From: a virus | Length of the DNA: 64,000 nucleotides | Reading direction: 5' to 3' (one strand) | IMG/VR virus record: IMGVR_UViG_3300012954_000009 | Coordinates: 1-64,000 of that record | In this document: one piece after another, positions 55,804-64,000 of the stretch | How positions within the stretch are numbered: position 1 is the stretch's first letter | Layout of the letters: every line of letters starts with the position of its first letter | Translations under genes and position numbers: made by a program | Notes under the pieces: model-generated | What the model was told of the DNA's origin: nothing | Databases searched by the model: none | The model's input: only the letters and a program-made list of their open reading frames with translations

Positions 55804-58800
55804 TTATTTTGTACCGTTTTGTTTTGCATCTGCATCATACAGAGTGTTATTAGAGTTCATTTTATCTTCAAGAGTTATCTCAAAATATTTAACAGCATTA
55901 TCTAAATGACTTTCTACTGTTCCGCCTTTATATGTACTAGCTATCCATTCATTTAAATTAAATGCTGGTGTTGCTATATCTACAAAATTACCTTCTTCTG
56001 AAGGTTTATATTGTTTGTAAGTAATCTGTGCCATATGTGCTCCATTAACATCTTGAAATACTTGAATTGAACCTCCGTTTGTAACCGAGTTAAAATATTG
56101 TTTATTATCAGAAGTGTTTATTTTATCTTGTACATATGAATAATTATACATACCATCTCTTCTTATACTTATATCCATTTCTTTATCAAACGCAAATGTT
56201 AATGTACTATATGATGCTAAGTCTGCATTACTTATCATTGCAGGATTAGTTCCTGTTGTTTTACCTGCTTTAATCAAAGGTAGTGTTTTTTTAACCCATT
56301 CCTGATCAAAATTAATAACATATGCTGCATGAGTCTTATCACCAACCTCTGGGTTACCATATACATTATTATAGGTTATTGTTGCTTGTGGTCTACCCGT
56401 TTGTGGTTGATCTGGATTTTGACTCCAAGATTTCATATCTCTAATGTATGATCTAAATAAGTCCATTGCTATTGTATTACTTACAGCATTAAAGTCTGCT
56501 CTAGTATTTCTACCCATATCACCAGGCTGTATAGTCATCTTTTGAGTAGGAGTCTCATTAAATTGAGTAATTATATCCATAACTATTGATGCACCGTTTG
56601 CATCCTGATTAATCATTGCAGGATCTATATCAATATCATATTGAGGATTAATTATTAAATCACCTACACTGCCTAAATATTCTCTACCACGCATAAACTG
56701 TGTAAAATTAAATGTGGTAAAGTCATCAGTTGGGTTACCACTTACAGTAACTTGTTCTGGTGTACCGCCTTTAGTCAAAACTTCTGTAATATCTGGTGCT
56801 ATAATTGAACCCTGTGATTTATTTAATGCACCATACATTAAATCATAAAGCATTGATGCATCTTTTTTAGCCTCATCTGTCATAAAGTATTTCTCTGTAC
56901 CCGCTAATATTTTGGTACCATCTTTTATACTACCACTTCCATAGTATACATTTCTTTCACCAATATAGTTTTCATCATGCCCTGAATCAGGACCAAACCA
57001 AGTATGTTGTGACCACCATCCTCGGTTACCATCAGTAAGTTTCTTTTGTCTAGCAAGGGTTACATATTCATTTACAAACTCCTCTTTAGTTTTTAAATGA
57101 TGGTTGCCATCACCTAAGTTAGTAAATAAGAAGTCTAATGGAAGTGCACCACTACCGTCTTTATTTAATGTACCCTTATCAGGGTTTGTAAACTCTTTAA
57201 CTTCACTGCTACCTTCAAATAAATCACCAGCTGCTGCCATCAAGTTATACTGATTAAAGTAGTGATTATGCAATCTCTGATTACCTTCAATTAGTTTTGC
57301 TTCATATTGATTTACATTTTCAAACTGAGATTTAAGTTTTAGATAATCAATTCTTTTTGCTCTAGCTACTGCATCAGATGGATCTGCATCTACTGCTGTA
57401 TTATCATAAGCTAAATGCGGATACTTTTCAGCTAAAGCATTTTGATTTTCACTATTTGGTACTAGTATGCTATTAAACTCTGCATATATTCTATCTATAT
57501 CACCTTTATATTTAAAAACACCATCCGCACTTGTATTTAATAATTGATAGAAATTCTGTCCATCTGTTGAATTGACGCCACCTATAGGTAATTTTTTCTC
57601 TTCACCATCAATTGTAAGTGTGTATAAATTATCTGTAACACCCGGTTGCATAGATCTAAGGGCTGTTGTAATAGCTTTTATTTTTTGTTCTGTATTTACA
57701 TTATCAAACTCTGCAACTTTGTTTAAGTTATATTTTACAATATCATATTTTCCTTCTCCATCATCTACAAAGGTAATATTACCAGGACCACCAGGTTTAG
57801 CGTTTAATGATGAATTGCTTAAAACTCCCGGTTGATTCTTAGGATCTAATGATGCCTTTAATACTTCAAGATCAATTCTGTTTTGTTGTCTTATAGCTTC
57901 TAATGCTTTAGAATATTGAAACTTTCTTTGTCTACCATACTCTGGGTTTTCCATTTTAATAGTAGTAGAAGCGTTCATCTTACCAAAAGATCTAGCAGCA
58001 GCAATCATATCATCTTTGATATTAAACTGCATTTGCATATTATAAGCTCTATTAAGAAGATCTTGTGTAGATGAACTAGTAGTAGGCATAACTCCTTCAG
58101 AAATAATATTATTGCTAGTTTCTATTCCAGCCTTTAAAGACTGATATACTTCAAACTGTTGACGCATTTGTCTTTCCTGTACAGAACCAGCAACTATACC
58201 TTTTTGTTTTTTAAATAAATCCCAACTTGCATTACTATTTGTAGATTGATTTAACTCTGTTTGCTGATTGATTTTTCTTTCACCAGCCTGTGTAGTAAAC
58301 TGATTTATTGTTTTAAGAGCCCATTGTCTTTGACCCTCTTGTACAGAGTTAACAGCACCTGAATCAATCATTTTTTGTGCCGTGTTTCTACCATCAACAT
58401 AGCTCTGAGTAAAATAAGCTTGTTGTACTCTTGGGTCACCAGTCAAAGTTCTTTGTAGCATTTCTAAAGCCGGACCTGTTACAAGATCACCGTTCTCTCT
58501 TGTAATAATCCATTGACCATCAGGACTTAATTCATCCATTTTTACATTTAAACCAGACTCTTTTAATACATCTAATGACATTTGATATAAGTTAGCATTA
58601 GGTATATACTTAGGTATAGCCATGTTTAGTGCATCATCTTTTGGTGCATTAACAAAATCTTGCATCTGGTAGTCCATTGCTTGTAGTCCTGTCTGCCACC
58701 ACATCTGCCTTCTATCTTTATCAGGATCGTTCATCAATCTATTAGCATAAGCTCTTTCATTTTGATATGCTTTAGTTCTAACCATATCACCTACAATTAT

Positions 58801-59109
58801 ATCTTCTTCAAAGAAAGGTTTAAATACAGCCTTAGCTGCATCAACATTTTGGATTAATGATAAATCCATTCCTGATATTTTTTGTAGTTTATCAGCAAGA
58901 CCAGCTGTGTACTGATCTCTCATTGTCTGTGTGTCTTCTCTAGATAGTGGTGCATAGACAATCTTACTATACATATCATTTAATTGCTGATAGTTAGTAT
59001 TATATCTATTTGTTTTTATATCTAATACACTAGACAAAAACTTGTAGTCCGGAGTAAATGGTTTAAACTCCGGCATATATGATTTAGAACCTGGTATATA
59101 TGTTGCCAT
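55804..59109 (-). CDS. Putative virion ejection/cargo protein, 1101 aa
   Basis: Directly upstream of the virion RNAP; helical, N/Q/T-rich. Confidence 0.7.
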   Translation of the reverse strand: MATYIPGSKSYMPEFKPFTPDYKFLSSVLDIKTNRYNTNYQQLNDMYSKIVYAPLSREDTQTMRDQYTAGLADKLQKISGMDLSLIQNVDAAKAVFKPFFEEDIIVGDMVRTKAYQNERAYANRLMNDPDKDRRQMWWQTGLQAMDYQMQDFVNAPKDDALNMAIPKYIPNANLYQMSLDVLKESGLNVKMDELSPDGQWIITRENGDLVTGPALEMLQRTLTGDPRVQQAYFTQSYVDGRNTAQKMIDSGAVNSVQEGQRQWALKTINQFTTQAGERKINQQTELNQSTNSNASWDLFKKQKGIVAGSVQERQMRQQFEVYQSLKAGIETSNNIISEGVMPTTSSSTQDLLNRAYNMQMQFNIKDDMIAAARSFGKMNASTTIKMENPEYGRQRKFQYSKALEAIRQQNRIDLEVLKASLDPKNQPGVLSNSSLNAKPGGPGNITFVDDGEGKYDIVKYNLNKVAEFDNVNTEQKIKAITTALRSMQPGVTDNLYTLTIDGEEKKLPIGGVNSTDGQNFYQLLNTSADGVFKYKGDIDRIYAEFNSILVPNSENQNALAEKYPHLAYDNTAVDADPSDAVARAKRIDYLKLKSQFENVNQYEAKLIEGNQRLHNHYFNQYNLMAAAGDLFEGSSEVKEFTNPDKGTLNKDGSGALPLDFLFTNLGDGNHHLKTKEEFVNEYVTLARQKKLTDGNRGWWSQHTWFGPDSGHDENYIGERNVYYGSGSIKDGTKILAGTEKYFMTDEAKKDASMLYDLMYGALNKSQGSIIAPDITEVLTKGGTPEQVTVSGNPTDDFTTFNFTQFMRGREYLGSVGDLIINPQYDIDIDPAMINQDANGASIVMDIITQFNETPTQKMTIQPGDMGRNTRADFNAVSNTIAMDLFRSYIRDMKSWSQNPDQPQTGRPQATITYNNVYGNPEVGDKTHAAYVINFDQEWVKKTLPLIKAGKTTGTNPAMISNADLASYSTLTFAFDKEMDISIRRDGMYNYSYVQDKINTSDNKQYFNSVTNGGSIQVFQDVNGAHMAQITYKQYKPSEEGNFVDIATPAFNLNEWIASTYKGGTVESHLDNAVKYFEITLEDKMNSNNTLYDADAKQNGTK

Positions 59110-59120
59110 AATTTGTTTAT

Positions 59121-61877
59121 TTACGGTAGCATTGACCCACTATAAAATGGGACAGCCATTCTTTTTAATTTTTTTGTTTGTCTTCCTTTCCTTTCTCCAC
59201 CTCTTGCTTGTACATATCCTGGAGTTTGTGTTGACATATTAGTATTATTACCTGGATATCCAAATGGATTTGTATATGGATTCATCATTGCATTTTGATA
59301 TTCTCTTTGGATATTAGTTTGTTGAGGTGTTGAATTATTATTTAGACCCATAAACATTGTAAGCATCTCAGGTGATACCTTGGTATCTGCTGGCAACTCT
59401 CTTCTTAATTTTGCATAACTGTTTAAGAATGCCTGTTGCTGATCAACCGGTTGTACTGCATCAAATGCTCTTGCATCCACTTGTCCTATCATACCGCCTG
59501 TCATAGGATCTATATTAAAGTAATCTTGTGTAAGATTCATATTATATGTATTGGCTCTGTTAGTTAAAGCATTAGCATATGCATCAGCGTATTGCTCTCT
59601 ATCAAAGTTCTTTTCATCCATATAAGTTTGTAATGCATTAACTGTATCATCATACTCTTTAACATTTCTATCTCTTCTCTCACGGTTAATCTTCATGTCA
59701 ATCATTGCATTCTGATACTCACCTCTATTTACAATACCTACATTCTTGGCTTGTATATCATTTACTGCATCTGCAACAGCTTTCATTGTTTTACCAACTG
59801 CAGCACTATTTCTTGCTGATCCTGCAGACGCTCCTGAATACATATTATTTGCATTCATCAATATAGAGTTCTGCTCATTAACTGCAGCAATAGTTCTTGT
59901 TGGATCTATTACATCATAACCAACAGATACATCTTCTACTTCAGGTTGCCATGGTAAAAATAAATCTCTTTCTCTATTAGCAATAGCATCCATCTTTAGT
60001 AAGTCCTGTACCCAAAAATCTGCATTAGGTAAAGGTTTAGGTCGTGCTACATCTGGTGGTGTAAATGGATCTTTTTCTTCTTCTACTACAACTTCACTAG
60101 GTTTATATGTCTTAGTAATATTAAGCTGATCTTTCTGACCTAAAGTTGTATTACCATACCATGTATCTGCTTTAGATACACTTTTCATGTATTTAAATTC
60201 AGGATCATCCCCTTCTTTCCATGCTGGGTTTAATACTACATCACCTTGATCATCAACACCCTCTGTGAAATAGCTACCAAGTATTTCTTCATCAAACTTT
60301 TCACCATTGATCATCTTTTTATACTCCTCAATTCCTTGCTGTTGTAAGTTATTGATATAACCTTGTTGGAAGGTTAGAGTTTCTTGTTTACTAGGTACAG
60401 TTAATGGAATATAGCCAGGTTGACCTTCCATCTTTGTATTATAAAGATCAATAATACCTCTTAATTCTTTTGTTGCATATCCTCCAGCTTTATCTAAAGA
60501 AAATCCTTTATCTAATCCTTTTGATCTTATATCAAAACCATTATCTTCTAAAAGCCCTGGGTGTTCTTGAGCAAACTTATATATCTCAAAGTTTCTTCTT
60601 TGAGCTTCTTTATAAAATTTATGATAGTCATCTTCTGATACTGGTTTCCTACCTGCACCTTCAGTACCTTGAACATAAGCTTCATACCTAAGCTTTCTAG
60701 CATCAGCAAACTGATCTGAGTCATAATATTCTAGATACTCTGGAGAACCACCAGTCAATGATGTTTCTATAGGATCTGTTCCTTCTTCTGGTTGAATGGT
60801 TGTTGTAGTTGTAGATACATTATTAGTATTATTGGTATTGTTAGTATTGCTAACATTAGGATTACCCATACCGTTATAAGGATCAAGAGGATATCTATCT
60901 TGGAAATTAGGAATACCGTCTCCATCTGTATCTTGTTTTCTAGCTCTTCTGTTGCCAAAGAAACCATACTGTGCTTCAGGTAATTGTTCTCCCATCATTG
61001 AAGGATCACCCATAGGCATTGGAGCAGCCATTCCAGGCTGAGGCATCAACTGTGCTTGTGCTAAATCAACTTGACCTTCAGGTGAAGGTGGCATTTGACC
61101 TTCTCCTTGTTGTTGAGCTTGTGCCATCAACTGCTGCATCATCATTATTTTCTGTTGCTGCTCTGCTGGTAAAGCTTGAAATGCTTTCTCTTGAGCTTTT
61201 TGCATATTTATCTGCTCTATTTTTGCAGTAAATTCTATTGGGTCTTCACCTATAGACATTAGATAAGGGTGAGATGCTACTGGTACACCTTCTTCAAAAT
61301 CTTTTTTAAGTTCTTGACCAAAGGCTAATGTAGATAAACCTAACTTATTTTTCTTCAGCATAAGTTCTGCAGATTTAACTTGAATGTCATCTGCATATTC
61401 ATCTTCAATGGCTCCGTAAAATTTATTTAATTGATATTTTTTAGATACATCAGCAGGTGTCTTAGACTTTCTGCTAGTAATTCCAAACTCTTTAAGCTCT
61501 TCACCTTTCATCTTCAACGCTTTGGTATCAGAAAAGATAAAGGACTGTTCTGGTAAAAACATAGGGACTCCACCACTACTATGTCTTGGACCAGTAATAT
61601 TATATAAACCAAAGTTACCGTCATTATTTAAATCAGTTAAAACAGTTTCTCCTCCTTCAGCTTCTATATTAGCTTCTTCTCTTGGTACAGATGATAAGCT
61701 GAATCTTACATCTTTATCATTATCATCATTTATCTGAGAACCTGATACAGTTGTAGGTATAGTTGTTAAACCAAAATTTAATTGATCTCCTGTAGTAGGT
61801 CCACCTTCTTGCATAGGTATCAACTCTCCGTCTTTCATAGACATTCCTTCCGGTAGACTGTTAATTTTTATTTTCAT
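59121..61877 (-). CDS. Putative virion cargo/structural protein, 918 aa
   Basis: EAEGGE and GPRHSSGG motifs, Q/P/M-rich linker, DTDGDGIPNFQDRYPLDP Ca-binding-like motif. Confidence 0.7.
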   Translation of the reverse strand: MKIKINSLPEGMSMKDGELIPMQEGGPTTGDQLNFGLTTIPTTVSGSQINDDNDKDVRFSLSSVPREEANIEAEGGETVLTDLNNDGNFGLYNITGPRHSSGGVPMFLPEQSFIFSDTKALKMKGEELKEFGITSRKSKTPADVSKKYQLNKFYGAIEDEYADDIQVKSAELMLKKNKLGLSTLAFGQELKKDFEEGVPVASHPYLMSIGEDPIEFTAKIEQINMQKAQEKAFQALPAEQQQKIMMMQQLMAQAQQQGEGQMPPSPEGQVDLAQAQLMPQPGMAAPMPMGDPSMMGEQLPEAQYGFFGNRRARKQDTDGDGIPNFQDRYPLDPYNGMGNPNVSNTNNTNNTNNVSTTTTTIQPEEGTDPIETSLTGGSPEYLEYYDSDQFADARKLRYEAYVQGTEGAGRKPVSEDDYHKFYKEAQRRNFEIYKFAQEHPGLLEDNGFDIRSKGLDKGFSLDKAGGYATKELRGIIDLYNTKMEGQPGYIPLTVPSKQETLTFQQGYINNLQQQGIEEYKKMINGEKFDEEILGSYFTEGVDDQGDVVLNPAWKEGDDPEFKYMKSVSKADTWYGNTTLGQKDQLNITKTYKPSEVVVEEEKDPFTPPDVARPKPLPNADFWVQDLLKMDAIANRERDLFLPWQPEVEDVSVGYDVIDPTRTIAAVNEQNSILMNANNMYSGASAGSARNSAAVGKTMKAVADAVNDIQAKNVGIVNRGEYQNAMIDMKINRERRDRNVKEYDDTVNALQTYMDEKNFDREQYADAYANALTNRANTYNMNLTQDYFNIDPMTGGMIGQVDARAFDAVQPVDQQQAFLNSYAKLRRELPADTKVSPEMLTMFMGLNNNSTPQQTNIQREYQNAMMNPYTNPFGYPGNNTNMSTQTPGYVQARGGERKGRQTKKLKRMAVPFYSGSMLP

Positions 61878-61879
61878 AA

Positions 61880-64000
61880 TTATAGTATTTCTATATCAGC
61901 TCCAGCTGAAATTAATTTAGCAACTGTTTTATAATCTAAATCAACAATATTTTCTTCTTGTTTCATTGGAGGCATCATAAAGGTTTCTTTACCCATTCTT
62001 GCCTCATAAGCTCTTATGTTATCTGGTTGTATTATACCAGTATTCTCATCTGTTAAACCTCTATCTCCTTCTCTTGATTCAACCATTCCATATGCCTTAT
62101 CAGCCATACCAGAATAAACTAAATCTTCTTCTGCTTTACGTGCCTTCCTGTTCTTAAACATTTCATTTATAACTCCTGCTCCTGCTACAAGAAAGTTAGA
62201 CACATCTCCAAACTTTTCAACAAATCTACTATCCTTAATACGGTTGACTGTTCCCATCAACTTATTCTTTCTTTTTATCTTTGGATCTTGCATAGCTGTA
62301 GGATCTTCAGTTTGTGTTGCTGCAGGATCTCCAGTTTGTGCTATATTTAAACCTCTAAGTTGCATGTCCGGAGGATCAACTTCAAGTGGTTGTATACCAA
62401 TTGGTTCTAGTCTAGGAAAATCTCCAGCAGGTGCAGTTACTGTAAATTCATCAAGTTCTATATTCTGTTGAATTTCATCATCTGGTATTGTTGCATTTGC
62501 AGGATCTTGCAAATATTGTAATAACTGTGTATTTTGTGCTGCAGTTCCACTATACTGCTGACCTAAATTAGCATCTTGATAGATAGCACCTCTTTCAGGT
62601 ATGCTGGGTAAATCTTGACCCATACCTGAATAATACTCATAAAGTGTATTAGCACCACCATCTTGTTTTTCATCAAGTGGTTTTTTAGCGTTTAACAAAG
62701 ATTTAATTGTATGTAAGTAGCCACCATCATCATTATACCAAGTTTTTTCGTCCATGTTATATGAGTTACCATCATCATCAACAGGACCTGTATTAAATGG
62801 TATTCTATCTTTATATGTTACTGTAGTTTGACCACCATCAGGATTTATTTCATTTGCTATATGTTGAAGTAAATCAAAATTAGCCATTCTTTTAGCCATG
62901 CCCAAATTCTGACTGCTACCTAAAAGTAAAGTATCAGCACCAGTAACACCCATCTGAGACATAATATCTTTTACAGCTGTCTCATCACCTTTGTTATTTA
63001 ATCCAAACTGCTCTATATATTGCTGCAAGTAAGGATGATCATAATCTTTAATTCTTTTCTTTCTTTCTTTATTAGTTTCACCTGCATTTTGCCTCATGTC
63101 AAGTTCAGGTGGATCTGCCATTTGATCATTTAGAATCAGCTGCATAGGATCATTAGGATCATCTACTTTACCAGTTGTGTAATCACCATCTCTGACACCT
63201 TGTATAACTCTACTTACAACATCTTTATCACTATCAGATCCTACTGAAGTTAAACTTCCTAAGAAATTATTATACATATCTTTACCAGACTCTTTAATTT
63301 GAGTAAGTAAAGTTCTATCTGAATCTTTGCCATAATCCATATAAGCTGATACCTCATGACCTAATCCCAAAGCATTAGCACCTATAATTCCAGCCATGTC
63401 ATCCGCTCCAACAAAATCTAAAAGTCCTCCTATGTATGGTGTACTTTTTATTTTATCACTAATAGCTCTAGCAGTAAGACCACTTGTAGTTCCATGACGT
63501 AATGGATCTGCATTTTCTGTATAGAATTTTCTAATTACTTCACCTTTTCTACCAATATCACTATCCCTAAATTTTTTCTCTAAGTTATCTAATTCTCTAT
63601 AAAGGTTTTGTTCTTGCACATGATCTAGCTGACCTTCTTTCATGTACAAGCTATTTAATTGATCAACAACATTTTGATATTCATCACTTTGATAAAATGC
63701 AATTTCTGCTTCTTCAAACTGTTTGTATCCCGGAATATCTTCTAATCCGGCTTCTTTATCCATAACACCACCTAAAGATTCATTAACCTTTCTTTCTATG
63801 CCTGGGATATCACCTTTCCTTACTAAATCATAAACACTACTTTCATCTCTAGTATTATTTAAATTTATAGTCTCAATTCTTTGCTTTTGGAGTTCTCTTA
63901 ATTGCTGCATTCCAGCTTCTAAGTCTAATTTTTGTTGTTCTGTAGTAGGTATGCCTCCTGCATTTTGATATACAGGTAATTCCGTACCTCTAGATGCTTT
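61880..64000 (-). CDS. Multidomain putative virion cargo protein, 5'-truncated by the window edge
   Basis: Frame stays open beyond 63910 to the edge (KASRGTELPVYQNAGG...); DUF6973-like, DUF3597-like and TonB-box-like segments. Confidence 0.75.
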   Translation of the reverse strand, partial: KASRGTELPVYQNAGGIPTTEQQKLDLEAGMQQLRELQKQRIETINLNNTRDESSVYDLVRKGDIPGIERKVNESLGGVMDKEAGLEDIPGYKQFEEAEIAFYQSDEYQNVVDQLNSLYMKEGQLDHVQEQNLYRELDNLEKKFRDSDIGRKGEVIRKFYTENADPLRHGTTSGLTARAISDKIKSTPYIGGLLDFVGADDMAGIIGANALGLGHEVSAYMDYGKDSDRTLLTQIKESGKDMYNNFLGSLTSVGSDSDKDVVSRVIQGVRDGDYTTGKVDDPNDPMQLILNDQMADPPELDMRQNAGETNKERKKRIKDYDHPYLQQYIEQFGLNNKGDETAVKDIMSQMGVTGADTLLLGSSQNLGMAKRMANFDLLQHIANEINPDGGQTTVTYKDRIPFNTGPVDDDGNSYNMDEKTWYNDDGGYLHTIKSLLNAKKPLDEKQDGGANTLYEYYSGMGQDLPSIPERGAIYQDANLGQQYSGTAAQNTQLLQYLQDPANATIPDDEIQQNIELDEFTVTAPAGDFPRLEPIGIQPLEVDPPDMQLRGLNIAQTGDPAATQTEDPTAMQDPKIKRKNKLMGTVNRIKDSRFVEKFGDVSNFLVAGAGVINEMFKNRKARKAEEDLVYSGMADKAYGMVESREGDRGLTDENTGIIQPDNIRAYEARMGKETFMMPPMKQEENIVDLDYKTVAKLISAGADIEIL

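Noticed and set aside
40992-62471. Many short + strand ORFs antisense to the giant late genes (also 5579, 9729, 10276, 10516, 10783, 12867, 14919, 16858, 30030, 31213 on -)
   Set aside because: Ser/Phe/Leu-rich shadow frames fully inside real genes on the opposite strand
1-64000. TAG/TGA stop-codon recoding as in some crAss-like phages
   Set aside because: Giant late ORFs are uninterrupted in the standard code, TAG and TGA end genes at tight junctions, and the only tRNA is not a suppressor

Overview
This window is a 64-kb, AT-rich, gene-dense segment of a lytic dsDNA phage of the crAss-like (Crassvirales-related) type. The host is most likely a Bacteroidota member, possibly an environmental Flavobacteriaceae: TAnnTTTG -7 promoter boxes recur, leaders are A-rich without Shine-Dalgarno sequences, and one protein ends in a DDLPF SSB-type tail. 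All calls are by-eye motif recognition; no database search was run. The + strand (1 to ~24.9 kb) carries small early genes, tRNA-Arg(UCU) and a replication/recombination/repair block (HNH, SF2 helicase, NinB-like, UDG, DnaB, AAA_24/Sak4-like, SSB-like, primase, RusA-like, PD-(D/E)XK exonuclease, PolB, DUF932-like). Embedded in that block are a MoxR-AAA/vWA-metallopeptidase module with BRCT-like partners and a spore-photoproduct-lyase-like radical SAM gene. The - strand (~25 to 64 kb) carries late genes: small basic and membrane proteins, an envelope module (thioredoxin-like, outer-membrane beta-barrel, YfiM-like, spanin-like) and the giant ejected virion proteins, including a 4943-aa virion RNA polymerase with the DFDIDK motif. 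A class Ia RNR pair (nrdB-nrdA) sits on the + strand inside the late region. I saw no stop-codon recoding, integrase, CRISPR array, intron or intein. The most novel candidates are: (1) a seven-gene MoxR/vWA module whose three accessory proteins share a helical motif, two with BRCT-like domains and one with an SSB-tail mimic; (2) two or three unannotated structured intergenic RNAs; (3) a four-gene envelope operon with a phage-encoded beta-barrel; (4) a TonB-box-like motif and a recurring xQxGG motif in the putative virion cargo proteins.
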